A stretch of 26,722 bases of DNA from Armatimonadota bacterium (GTDB lineage Bacteria > Armatimonadota > UBA5829 > DTLH01). Below, piece after piece: positions 1 through 8,124 of the stretch. The DNA is taken from contig JBBRAE010000033.1 in assembly GCA_038207085.1 (NCBI GenBank), forward strand, positions 1 through 26,722. The letters run 5' to 3'. The position numbers and the translations under genes were made by a program. Every line of letters begins with the position of its first letter. Within the stretch, counting starts at the first letter, position 1. A model generated the notes under the pieces. It saw only the letters and a program-made list of their open reading frames with translations. It was not told the DNA's origin and ran no database searches.

Positions 1-530
1 GAACCCGACATTATGAAGGTCGAGTATGAACGACCCGCAGCAAGGTCTTGCTGTAAATAGGTAAGTACATCGAACGATTTGTTACCGGTTGTGTCGGGGG
101 AATCGCTGTTGTAGATTGTAAATCCGCCGGGTCGGCCCATACTCGCGGGTCCCATTCCATCGGCAACAACATTACCGGTTAGTACGGATGATCCTGTATC
201 GAGCCATCCGATGGACGCCGAACCGTAGTAGTAATTGGTACCGAATCCTAGAGAATCTACCTCAAGCATAGCGCTAGTCAGACTCATACCTGCAAGTTCA
301 GCTATCGGAACCTCGAAGATCGATATGGTATAGTCATTGCCCCATTGCCCACCCATACTTAAGGATACGCCCATGGTGGTCTCGCCGGTGGTGTATCCGG
401 TAGAACCGTACTTGGAATTCCATGCGTAGGAAGCATCTCCGGCAGAAGGAGTATACAGAGTGATACTTGCCTGTGCCGAGATTACGAGTACAATCAGCAG
501 CAAAGCTGCCAAAACAACCGTTTTCTTCAT
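1..530 (-). CDS. Secreted protein with an N-terminal signal peptide, 3' end outside the window (possibly PEP-CTERM-type)
   Basis: Not in the ORF track. Manual translation from ATG at 530 gives MKKTVVLAALLLIVLVISAQASITLYTPSAGDASYAWNSKYGSTGY..., open to the window edge. AGGA RBS upstream; the signal peptide ends in A-Q-A. Confidence 0.8.
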   Translation of the reverse strand, partial: MKKTVVLAALLLIVLVISAQASITLYTPSAGDASYAWNSKYGSTGYTTGETTMGVSLSMGGQWGNDYTISIFEVPIAELAGMSLTSAMLEVDSLGFGTNYYYGSASIGWLDTGSSVLTGNVVADGMGPASMGRPGGFTIYNSDSPDTTGNKSFDVLTYLQQDLAAGRSYSTFIMSG

Positions 531-587
531 AATACAAATTATCCTTTCTTGCTTTTCGAATGGACTATTTATCCGTAGTAGTCTTGG

Positions 588-603
588 TGCAATATCAATG
601 CCA
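588..603 (-). promoter_or_regulatory. sigma54 (-24/-12) promoter of the secreted-protein gene
   Basis: Minus strand reads TGGCAT-TGATA-TTGCA, matching TGGCAC-N5-TTGCW with exact GG-N10-GC spacing, about 60 nt upstream of the ATG. Confidence 0.7.
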
Positions 604-877
604 AATCGGCCAATATTTGGAAAACAGGTAGTATTGCCGGGATTGTTTTTTTCTACCCTCTCCTAAACCTAACTTAACACGGAGCCTCCTATAGCATTAA
701 ATTAGGTTTTTACCATGGATGAGCGAACCATCGGAACCTGACTCGTTACGAAATATTCCTTATAGTAGCAAGTCAGGTTGTGTTTGTCTATCAAAAAGTT
801 TAGCATTGGGGCGCGTAAAAGTTGTGCACCTGCCAGCACCTAATTCGTGAATAATTATTTCCGCTCTGGGCCCCAGT

Positions 878-1019
878 GGGGAAATAAGGGGACTGAGCCC
901 TTTGTTAAGCCTTTCGCGGTCGGCCTCTTCAACTACCGATCGCGCTACTCTTAGCATGGCAGCAGTATACAATCTGCTGGATATTTTGCCAATAAAGGGC
1001 TCAGTCCCTTTATTTCCCC
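878..1019 (-). mobile_element. Mini-RAYT / REP-flanked non-autonomous element, copy 1
   Basis: Terminal inverted repeats AATAAGGGGACTGAGCCCTTT...AAAGGGCTCAGTCCCTTTATT. Near-identical reverse complement of 26582-26720. The interior encodes MLRVARSVVE fused out of frame to RGRPRKA*. Confidence 0.75.
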
Positions 1020-1028
1020 TTTATTTCC

Positions 1029-1199
1029 GACATCCAGAGCGCGAACAATACCCTGGGGACAGGCGAGTATCCGCTTGTGAAGTACTCCTATGACTCCTTT
1101 GGTCGGAAAGACAAGGTTACCACTTACTCGTCTGCCTCTGAGACGGCGGCACGTGAGACCAAGTACGCCTACGACAAGGCGAACCGGGATAAAAGGTGA
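1029..1199 (+). pseudogene. Rhs/YD-repeat protein fragment
   Basis: Frame reads DIQSANNTLGTGEYPLVKYSYDSFGRKDKVTTYSSASETAARETKYAYDKANR, with two YxYD-xx-(G/N)R motifs. No start codon; bounded on both sides by palindromic repeats. Confidence 0.7.
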
Positions 1200-1211
1200 C
1201 AGGCACCTTTT
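1191..1211. repeat. REP-like palindrome
   Basis: AAAAGGTG-ACAGG-CACCTTTT inverted repeat directly after the YD fragment. Confidence 0.65.
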
Positions 1212-1571
1212 GCATTAGGGCGCGCTGTTGGCTCTTGGATCGCGGAGGGGCGGAAGCTTTGACACGTGACGCTAAAGCATCACTATCGCGGCTCTAATAT
1301 ATACTGAATTCTTTGAGATTCCGTGGCTGTCTCTGACACGGTCTTGGTATGCTTCGGGACAGGTTTTTCGTCCCGAAGCCGCCGGGTGTAATGTGCGTCC
1401 GCCTGGTTGGTCTGTTGGTCTTGTTTGAATCGCAATTTGCGCGAAATGGTGGAGATTGGGGAGGTGGACGGCGGGTCGCAGACCCGCAAAGACAGGCCCG
1501 GGATTTCAAATCCCGAACCATCAAGGCTGCGCCAGAAAAGAAATAGGACAACAGTCCCGCCATAGTCTGAG

Positions 1572-1627
1572 ATTTGGGGACGAATGTCCCCCACACGTGC
1601 GACGGGGAGCAATCTCCCCGTCGATCA
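1572..1627. repeat. Double-hairpin intergenic repeat, copy 1
   Basis: TTTGGGGACGAATGTCCC...CGACGGGGAGCAATCTCCCCGTCGATCA; a similar copy lies at 2438-2492. Confidence 0.7.
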
Positions 1628-1638
1628 AGATCGGGCCC

Positions 1639-2403
1639 TTACTCTATCTTGCCAACAGGCGCGGCGTAGATTGTGAACTCCTCTTCGCCGTCGACGCCCA
1701 GGAGCGCGTCCATTTGGTCCTGGAAATAGGCGCCGATGGCGCAGGTGCCGGCGTCTATCGACTCGGCGGCCAGGTACAGGTTCTGGCAGAGGTGTCCGGC
1801 GTCTAGGGCGATGATCTTGGGGGAAAGGATCGAGTAGCGCCACTCCGTGCGGTAAGGGACGGCGGTCCATACGAAAAGCGCGGCTGCCTCGGCTGCGAAG
1901 GGCTGGCCGCAGCAGGCCTCGACTGCCCTTTGCCCGAGGTCCGGGTCATCGCCAAGAAATAGAAGTTTGTGTTCTAGTGGGAGGTATCGATACAGCCCGG
2001 TGGACACGTCGTTCACTCGGTTGATGAAGATATAGGTCTCGAAGGGATGGCGAGCGCCGCCCGAGGGCGCGGTGCGCAGGGCCATAAGGCCTCCCTGGGC
2101 CGGGATGACCTTGGAGACACCCTGGGTCGCCCAGAGAAGATAAGACAGCTCTTCGAGGCTGAGAGCCTGCGAAGTGAACGACCGTCTGCTCCTGCGGCGC
2201 GCGAGGGTTTCCCTTACCGATGCCTCTCCCACGGTCAGCTTGTCGGCCGGGACGAGGTCGACGAGCACCGAGTCCTCGGGATAGGGTTTCTCCTGTGAGG
2301 GTCTCGGCTCGCCTTTTTTCTGGTCTGTATCGTATTTGCCACGGGCCCAGTCGACCCAGTCGTCGTTTCTTAGAAGAGTTCGATCGGGTTTGATATCGTC
2401 CAC
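1639..2403 (-). CDS. SagB/ThcOx-family nitroreductase (FMN dehydrogenase)
   Basis: RRRSRRSF, LSYLLWATQG, RTAPSGGARHPFETY and DAGHLCQNLYLAAE motifs. Start reassigned to GTG at 2403 behind an AAGGAG RBS. Confidence 0.88.
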   Translation of the reverse strand: MDDIKPDRTLLRNDDWVDWARGKYDTDQKKGEPRPSQEKPYPEDSVLVDLVPADKLTVGEASVRETLARRRSRRSFTSQALSLEELSYLLWATQGVSKVIPAQGGLMALRTAPSGGARHPFETYIFINRVNDVSTGLYRYLPLEHKLLFLGDDPDLGQRAVEACCGQPFAAEAAALFVWTAVPYRTEWRYSILSPKIIALDAGHLCQNLYLAAESIDAGTCAIGAYFQDQMDALLGVDGEEEFTIYAAPVGKIE

Positions 2404-2437
2404 GCTTGTGTGCTCCTTTGTAATATAACCGATGAGT

Positions 2438-2492
2438 ATTTGGGGACGAATGTCCCTGGGACCTGCGCCGGGAGGAATCTCCCCGGCGATCA
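2438..2492. repeat. Double-hairpin intergenic repeat, copy 2
   Basis: TTTGGGGACGAATGTCCC...CGCCGGGAGGAATCTCCCCGGCGATCA; direct repeat of 1572-1627. Confidence 0.7.
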
Positions 2493-2499
2493 TGGCCGA

Positions 2500-3252
2500 T
2501 TATCCACCCGTCTGCCGCACTGCCCCGCCGCAGACTGGGATGTAGGCTCCGGTGACGAAGGCGGCGAGGTCGGACATCAGGAATGCGCAGACTTTGCCGA
2601 TCTCCTCGGCGTCGCCCTGGCGGCCGAGTGGGACGCCGGAGACATAGCCCGTGGTGTCGACGTCCGGGGTGACTTTTTCTGTGCGCATCCAGCCGGGGGC
2701 GATCATGTTAACGGTGATGTTCTCGGGGCCTAGCTCGGCGCTCATTACCCGCGAGAGGCCGACCATCGCACCTTTGCCTGCTAGGTAGACGGACCAACCG
2801 GCTGCGCCGAAGTTCCACTGCTCGGTCACGATGTTGACGATCCTGCCGCCGCCGCAGGCTCGCATGATCGGGCGGACGGCGTTTACGGTGTTCAAAACAG
2901 CCTTTGCGCCGTAGTCGAAGGCGTTTGTGTAGTCCTCCCAGGCGACGTTTTCCAGCAGACCCTGCTGCACACCGGCGATCGCGTTGTTGACTACGCCGTC
3001 GACACGTCCGAACTCGTCGTGTATCTCGCCAACCATCGCGCGGACGGCGTCGGGGTCGGTGATGTCGGCGCACCAGGCTCTTGCGCGGCCACCCTGATCG
3101 GTGATGGAACGCGCGAGCTCGTCGGCGAGGTCACGGCTGGTGCTGCAGTTGATCGCTACCGCCGCGCCCTCGCGCGCGAGCACTCGCACGATCGAAGCGC
3201 CGATGCCGCGCGCGCCGCCGGTCACTATTACTACTCTGTCTTTAATGAGCAT
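2500..3252 (-). CDS. Short-chain dehydrogenase/reductase (FabG-like)
   Basis: TGGARGIG Rossmann motif, VNNA, YxxxK (YLAGK), and ITVNMIAPG. Confidence 0.9.
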   Translation of the reverse strand: MLIKDRVVIVTGGARGIGASIVRVLAREGAAVAINCSTSRDLADELARSITDQGGRARAWCADITDPDAVRAMVGEIHDEFGRVDGVVNNAIAGVQQGLLENVAWEDYTNAFDYGAKAVLNTVNAVRPIMRACGGGRIVNIVTEQWNFGAAGWSVYLAGKGAMVGLSRVMSAELGPENITVNMIAPGWMRTEKVTPDVDTTGYVSGVPLGRQGDAEEIGKVCAFLMSDLAAFVTGAYIPVCGGAVRQTGG

Positions 3253-3380
3253 GAAACTCTGGACCTCCGGTGGGGGTTATCAGGTGATTGTTAGGCGAAT
3301 GGGGGTGAAAATCCTTCGGGGGAACAAATGGGACGTCGCGGGCCCGGAGACCCGCGACGATCACTTCACTGTTACATCGG

Positions 3381-3674
3381 CTACTGGACTTCTCTTGATG
3401 GTCTGAGAAGTTTGTAGAAAATGCCCATCAATAGGAATGTGGGCGCCCACTGCCCGACAAAAAGCGACCAGTCCCGGTTCTTGCGGCCAAACAGGATTGC
3501 GGATGCGATGATAGAGCCTCCCGCGGCGATCGCATACGCCACGGTCGGAACCTTCTCCTGCGCCTCCATCATAGCCTGGGCAGGCTCGCCCTGCTGAAGC
3601 CGCTCAACACCCTTTTTGACTGCCTGGCCAGTCTCCTTGACAGCCTGCTGCTCCTTGATCATTGCCTCGGCCAT
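3381..3674 (-). CDS. Small membrane protein of unknown function
   Basis: GGAGGAG RBS; two hydrophobic segments, the second SLFVGQWAPTFLLMGIFYKL. Confidence 0.8.
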   Translation of the reverse strand: MAEAMIKEQQAVKETGQAVKKGVERLQQGEPAQAMMEAQEKVPTVAYAIAAGGSIIASAILFGRKNRDWSLFVGQWAPTFLLMGIFYKLLRPSREVQ

Positions 3675-3754
3675 AGTTCATACTCCTCCCGTCTAGACGG
3701 TTTATATCTCAAGCATGAACCAATTACCCCGTGAGCACTGGGGTGAAACTAGAG

Positions 3755-5047
3755 CTAGCTGCCCAAAAGATCCGGTCGAAGGACGATGGTCTGATCGCGG
3801 CGTCGACCGACTGATACTACAGCAACCGTCGTGCCTACGATCTTTTCGATCCGGCGCACGTAGTTCTGAGCGGCCTCGGGGAGGTCGCTGAAGCTCTTTG
3901 CAGCGGTGATGTCCTCGCTCCAGCCCGGCATCGCCTCGTAGACCGGCTTGCACTTCTCAAGGGTCGCAACGTCGGTCGGGAACTCGTTGACGATGCGACC
4001 GTCGACCTCGTAGGCCGAGCATATCTGAAGCGTATCGAACCCTGAAAGCACGTCGAGCGAGATCAGGCAGAGCGCCGTGGCTGAGTTGACTCTTGTGGAA
4101 AGCCGCACAGCAACCGCGTCGAACCAGCCGCATCTGCGGGGCCGACCGGTCGTCGTGCCGTATTCCTTGCCGCGCTCACGGATGGAGCTTCCGGTCTCGT
4201 CAAGCAGTTCGCTTGGGAACGGGCCCTCACCCACGCGGGTGGTGTAGGACTTTGCGACGCCGACGACATGGTCGATCATCGTCGGGCCGATCCCGGTGCC
4301 AGTGCATGCGCCGCCTGCGACGACGTGTGAGCTCGTAACAAAGGGATAGGTGCCGTGGTCTATGTCGAGTAGCGTCCCGTGCGCGCCTTCAAAGACGATC
4401 TTCTTGCCGGATTTTGCGGCCTGGTAGATCTCACAGGCGGTGTCGGTGACAAGCGGAGCGATACGGCGGGCGTAGGCGCTGTAATCTTCGAATATTACGT
4501 CTGCGTCGAGCGGTTCGGCGTCGTAGACGTTGGTCAGGAACTTGTTTTTGATGGAAAGCACATCATCAAGCCTTGCGCGGAAGAGCTCTGGGTCGATCAT
4601 CTCCGAGATACGGATGCCGATGCGCGAGACCTTGTCCGCGTAGCAGGGCCCGATGCCGCGACCGGTGGTGCCGATCTTGCGGTCGCCTTTGCGCTCCTCT
4701 TCAAGCCTGTCGAAGAGCTTGTGCCAGGGCATAATCACATGCGCGCTGCCACTTATCTTCAGGGTTTTCACCTTGAAGCCACGCTCCTCAAGGGTGTCGA
4801 GCTCGCCTGTCAGGACCGACGGGTCGATGACCACGCCATCCGCGATGTAGCTCGTAACCCCGGGGTTCATCGCACCGACCGGGAGTGTATGGAACTTATA
4901 AAGCTGATCGCCGACGACAACGGTGTGCCCGGCGTTATTGCCTCCGTTGAATCGAACGACGACGTCAGCGGTCTGGGAGACGTAGTCGACAATCTTACCT
5001 TTGGCCTCATCGCCCCACTGCAACCCAACAACTATGATACTAGGCAT
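3755..5047 (-). CDS. purA: Adenylosuccinate synthetase
   Basis: GLQWGDEAKGKIVD, GGNNAGHT and EYGTTTGRPRRCGWFD motifs. Start at ATG 5047 with an AGGAG RBS. Confidence 0.97.
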   Translation of the reverse strand: MPSIIVVGLQWGDEAKGKIVDYVSQTADVVVRFNGGNNAGHTVVVGDQLYKFHTLPVGAMNPGVTSYIADGVVIDPSVLTGELDTLEERGFKVKTLKISGSAHVIMPWHKLFDRLEEERKGDRKIGTTGRGIGPCYADKVSRIGIRISEMIDPELFRARLDDVLSIKNKFLTNVYDAEPLDADVIFEDYSAYARRIAPLVTDTACEIYQAAKSGKKIVFEGAHGTLLDIDHGTYPFVTSSHVVAGGACTGTGIGPTMIDHVVGVAKSYTTRVGEGPFPSELLDETGSSIRERGKEYGTTTGRPRRCGWFDAVAVRLSTRVNSATALCLISLDVLSGFDTLQICSAYEVDGRIVNEFPTDVATLEKCKPVYEAMPGWSEDITAAKSFSDLPEAAQNYVRRIEKIVGTTVAVVSVGRRRDQTIVLRPDLLGS

Positions 5048-5150
5048 CAAGAACTCCTGACAAAAATGCATTGGCCCCAGAAACTAACCCAAGGGCCATC
5101 GGCAAGTATATCAAAACGCCAGCCCGTATGTCAAATTTTCCGAAGCGCAA

Positions 5151-5314
5151 GGGTGAATGTAAAGATTGTCGGCAGCGGCCAAGCAGTCACCGATATTTTG
5201 ACTTACGACAATATGGCGCTCGCGCGCCTTGTGGCCGCCGAAAGGGAAAAGCGGTGCTTGCACACCGCAGTCCACATAGAGGCTGCCGGGCACCGACGAT
5301 TCCTGCATGCACCC
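5151..5314 (+). mobile_element. Degenerate MITE (same family as 13421-13613)
   Basis: Begins GGGTGAATGTAAAGATTGTCGGCAGC and ends TGCATGCACCC; the interior aligns by eye with the reverse complement of 13421-13613. Confidence 0.65.
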
Positions 5315-5390
5315 TTGCAAAAGTGGGCTCTTGCTGATAATGTGCTTGTACCTTACAATATGTTTAGTAAAATATTTGTTGGAGGCAGCC

Positions 5391-5732
5391 GTGGGAAAAC
5401 AACTCATTGGAGCCTGCGGGCTTAGTTGCACGGAGTGTGAAGGGTATAAAGCTACCCAGGCAAACGACGCAGTGGCCGTGACGCGTGTCGCGGAAGCATG
5501 GAGCAAGCAGTTTGGCGGCGACATCAAGCCAGAGCACGTGTGGTGCGACGGCTGCACGAGCGATGGCCCTAAGAAGTGCGCGCACACCGGCGAGTGTGAG
5601 ATTCGCTCGTGTGCTACAGGCAAGGGTTACTCGACCTGCGCGGAGTGTTCCGACTTTGCATGCGACAAGCTAAATGGGTTCTTCGGGACCGTCCCGTGCG
5701 CACAGGAGAGACTGACCAAGCTTCGAGGGTGA
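5391..5732 (+). CDS. DUF3795-like Cys-rich protein
   Basis: ACGLSCTEC...CDGC...CEIRSC...TCAEC...C pattern; GTG start at 5391 after GGAGG. Confidence 0.8.
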   Translation: MGKQLIGACGLSCTECEGYKATQANDAVAVTRVAEAWSKQFGGDIKPEHVWCDGCTSDGPKKCAHTGECEIRSCATGKGYSTCAECSDFACDKLNGFFGTVPCAQERLTKLRG

Positions 5733-5825
5733 GCCCGACGAATACAGCGACGCGGTCGAAAGAGGCGTGAGGGTTCAGTAGCTCCCACGCGTTTTACAAG
5801 ATACTAACGAAAGGTGTGGCCGGAG

Positions 5826-5874
5826 GCTGACAGCTGATTGCTGGTGGCTGAAAGCTAATAGCTAATGGCTGAAA
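5826..5874 (+). repeat. Heptamer tandem array (GCTRNNN x7) running through the argH start
   Basis: GCTGACA GCTGATT GCTGGTG GCTGAAA GCTAATA GCTAATG GCTGAAA. Confidence 0.75.
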
Positions 5875-7244
5875 AGAAACTCTGGGGCGGAAGATTTAGA
5901 AAGCCTATGGACAAGGCCGTGGAGGAGTTCACGGCTTCGGTGCATTATGACTCAAGGCTTTTTGAGCAGGACGTGCGCGGCTCGATCGCCCACGCGAAGA
6001 TGCTTGGGCGGCAGGGGATTATCTCTGTCGACGACTCTGAAATAATCGTCGAGGGGCTGATATCTGTCCTTGAGGACTACCGGGCGGGGAAAGTTGAGTT
6101 TGATCCGGCGGCGGAAGACGTGCATATGAACGTCGAGCGGATGCTTTCGGCTCGGATCGGCGAGCCCGCGGGCAGGCTGCACACCGCGCGGAGCAGAAAC
6201 GACCAGGTCTGCACCGATATCAGGCTTTGGCTTAAGGACGAGATCGATTCGCTTCGCGCTTTGATTAGAGAGCTTCAAGGGGCGCTTGTGGACTCGTCCG
6301 GGGAGCACCTGGACACACTTATGCCGGGGTACACCCATTTGCAGCACGCTCAGCCCGTGCTTCTGGCACACCACCTGCTCGCCTACTTCTGGATGCTCGA
6401 TCGCGACTCCCAGCGACTCGGGGACTGCCGCGGGCGGGTCGACGTGATGCCGCTTGGCTCGGGGGCGCTTGCGGGGACGGGGTTTCCGATCGACCGGGAG
6501 TTTGTCGCGGCCGAGCTTGGGTTTGCCTCCATCTCACAAAACAGCCTGGACGCCGTCGCGGACCGGGACTTTGTCTCGGAGTTCCTGGCGGCGGTCGCGA
6601 TATCTATGACGCACCTTTCGAGGTTTGCCGAGGAGCTTGTGCTCTGGTCTAGCCCGGAATACGGCTACGTGGAGCTCGATGACTCGGTGACGACGGGGTC
6701 CAGCATCATGCCCCAGAAAAAGAACCCGGACGCAGCCGAACTCACCCGTGGCAAGACCGGACGGGTGTTTGGCGACCTTGTGGCGATCCTCACACTTCAA
6801 AAGGGCCTCCCACTTTCCTACAACAGGGACCTTCAAGAGGACAAGGAGCCGATCTTTGACGCCGCAGACACGCTTCGGGGGGCGCTTCGGGTGTTTATCA
6901 AGATGATCCAGACCGCCGAGTTCAAGCGCGAGCGGATGCGTCAGTCGCTGCGGGGTGACTTCTCCACCGCAACCGACCTCGCGGACTTTCTGGTGCAGAC
7001 AGGCGTCCCATTCAGGCGGGCGCACGAGATCGTCGGGGAGCTTGTCGCCGAGTGCATCGCAGGGGGCAAGGGGCTTGAAGAAATTACGCTCGGGGAGCTA
7101 AAGGAGATCGCGCCTGAGGCCGGAGAGGACGCGCTTCGGGTGCTCCAGCCCGAAGGAAGCGCGGCGGCTCGGACTGTCCCCGGCGGGACGGCGCGCCCGG
7201 CAGTCGAGGCGCAGCTTGCGCAGGCGCGGGAGAGGCTCGCGTAG
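5865..7244 (+). CDS. argH: Argininosuccinate lyase
   Basis: KLWGGRF, LHTARSRNDQ, GSSIMPQKKNPD and YNRDLQEDKE motifs. Confidence 0.97.
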   Translation: MAEKKLWGGRFRKPMDKAVEEFTASVHYDSRLFEQDVRGSIAHAKMLGRQGIISVDDSEIIVEGLISVLEDYRAGKVEFDPAAEDVHMNVERMLSARIGEPAGRLHTARSRNDQVCTDIRLWLKDEIDSLRALIRELQGALVDSSGEHLDTLMPGYTHLQHAQPVLLAHHLLAYFWMLDRDSQRLGDCRGRVDVMPLGSGALAGTGFPIDREFVAAELGFASISQNSLDAVADRDFVSEFLAAVAISMTHLSRFAEELVLWSSPEYGYVELDDSVTTGSSIMPQKKNPDAAELTRGKTGRVFGDLVAILTLQKGLPLSYNRDLQEDKEPIFDAADTLRGALRVFIKMIQTAEFKRERMRQSLRGDFSTATDLADFLVQTGVPFRRAHEIVGELVAECIAGGKGLEEITLGELKEIAPEAGEDALRVLQPEGSAAARTVPGGTARPAVEAQLAQARERLA

Positions 7245-7274
7245 ACCCATAAATTAACTTAAACCAGCAGAAGC

Positions 7275-7376
7275 TAAGTTGGCCCAGATTTACCTAAGTT
7301 GTAAGTTAGCCCGGATTGAGCCGATGTTGGCCCGGATTTACCTAAGTTGGCCCGGATTTGCAATCCGGGCCAACTT
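7275..7376. repeat. REP-like palindrome with tandem half-copies
   Basis: Three degenerate AAGTTGGCCCGGATT half-sites, then the full palindrome AAGTTGGCCCGGATT-TGC-AATCCGGGCCAACTT (7344-7376). Confidence 0.8.
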
Positions 7377-7563
7377 GGCAGTCAAGGGATCTGTGATCCC
7401 GTTCTTTCGACCGTGCCCAACCTACCGGCATCACAGATGCCTATTCTGCCTGATCGTCCCGGATCACAGTTCCGGACGAACGAGAGGTGCGCCTCCTCGC
7501 CTGTTTAGCCTCGTCCAAAACGGGATACTCTGGGGTTAGTTTTGCACTATGGAGAGGCGACAC

Positions 7564-8046
7564 ATGGACCAGAGTATCACGATCAGACCAGCCACTGAGT
7601 CGGATGTTGCGGCGACGATTCCGCTTTGGGCTGAGTTTCTGGACTTTCACAGCACTCGGGACAGCTGGTTTACCCGATCGGACCGGGGCGGGGAATACTG
7701 GGCGGCTTTCGTGCGTGAGCGGGTGTTTGACCCCAAAAGCATCGTGCTTGTAGCTGAGTGCGAGGGGGAAATGCTCGGCTACTCGATCGGCACGATCAAC
7801 TCCCGCCCGCCAACCTACGCGGAGCTTCAATATGCGACGATAACCGACCTTGCCGTCTCTACCGCAGCCCGCAGGCTGGGGGTCGGCGCGGGACTCGCGA
7901 GCGAAATGATCCACCTGCTAAGGAGCCGCGGAATCAATAGAATAGAGATCGGCGTCGCGACCACAAACGAGATATCCATGGCATTTTGGCGCAAAATGGG
8001 GTTTCTGCCGTTTATGGAAAAGTGCGTGTCCTGCACCGATAAATAA
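7564..8046 (+). CDS. GNAT family N-acetyltransferase
   Basis: IRPATESD N-terminus, DLAVSTAARRLGVG motif A, and NEISMAFWRKMGF motif B. Confidence 0.9.
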   Translation: MDQSITIRPATESDVAATIPLWAEFLDFHSTRDSWFTRSDRGGEYWAAFVRERVFDPKSIVLVAECEGEMLGYSIGTINSRPPTYAELQYATITDLAVSTAARRLGVGAGLASEMIHLLRSRGINRIEIGVATTNEISMAFWRKMGFLPFMEKCVSCTDK

Positions 8047-8051
8047 CAGGC

Positions 8052-8079
8052 TGGACAAACCCGGCAGGCGTGCTATAAT
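8052..8079 (+). promoter_or_regulatory. sigma70-type promoter with extended -10
   Basis: TGGACA-N16-TATAAT with a TGn extension, upstream of 8125. Confidence 0.5.
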
Positions 8080-8124
8080 GACCCCGATCGACAATCACAC
8101 AAGTGAAATCGAAAGGGTTTTGTT

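Noticed and set aside
760..1093. ORFs 760-972 and 902-1093 (and 26450-26698)
   Set aside because: These are read-throughs of the repeat element, not independent genes.
1639..2403. RiPP (TOMM) biosynthetic cluster around the SagB-like gene
   Set aside because: No YcaO, E1-like protein or precursor peptide nearby; standalone SagB-type nitroreductases are common.
4379..5425. Long antisense ORFs (also 8095-8958, 16200-17471, 22642-23604)
   Set aside because: They are shadows of well-supported genes in GC-rich DNA.
5730..5810. Selenocysteine readthrough of the DUF3795-like TGA
   Set aside because: The domain is complete at the stop, the downstream frame is not protein-like, and no SECIS is recognisable.
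7275..7376. CRISPR array
   Set aside because: Units are nearly adjacent, lack ~30-nt unique spacers, end in a palindrome, and no cas genes are present.
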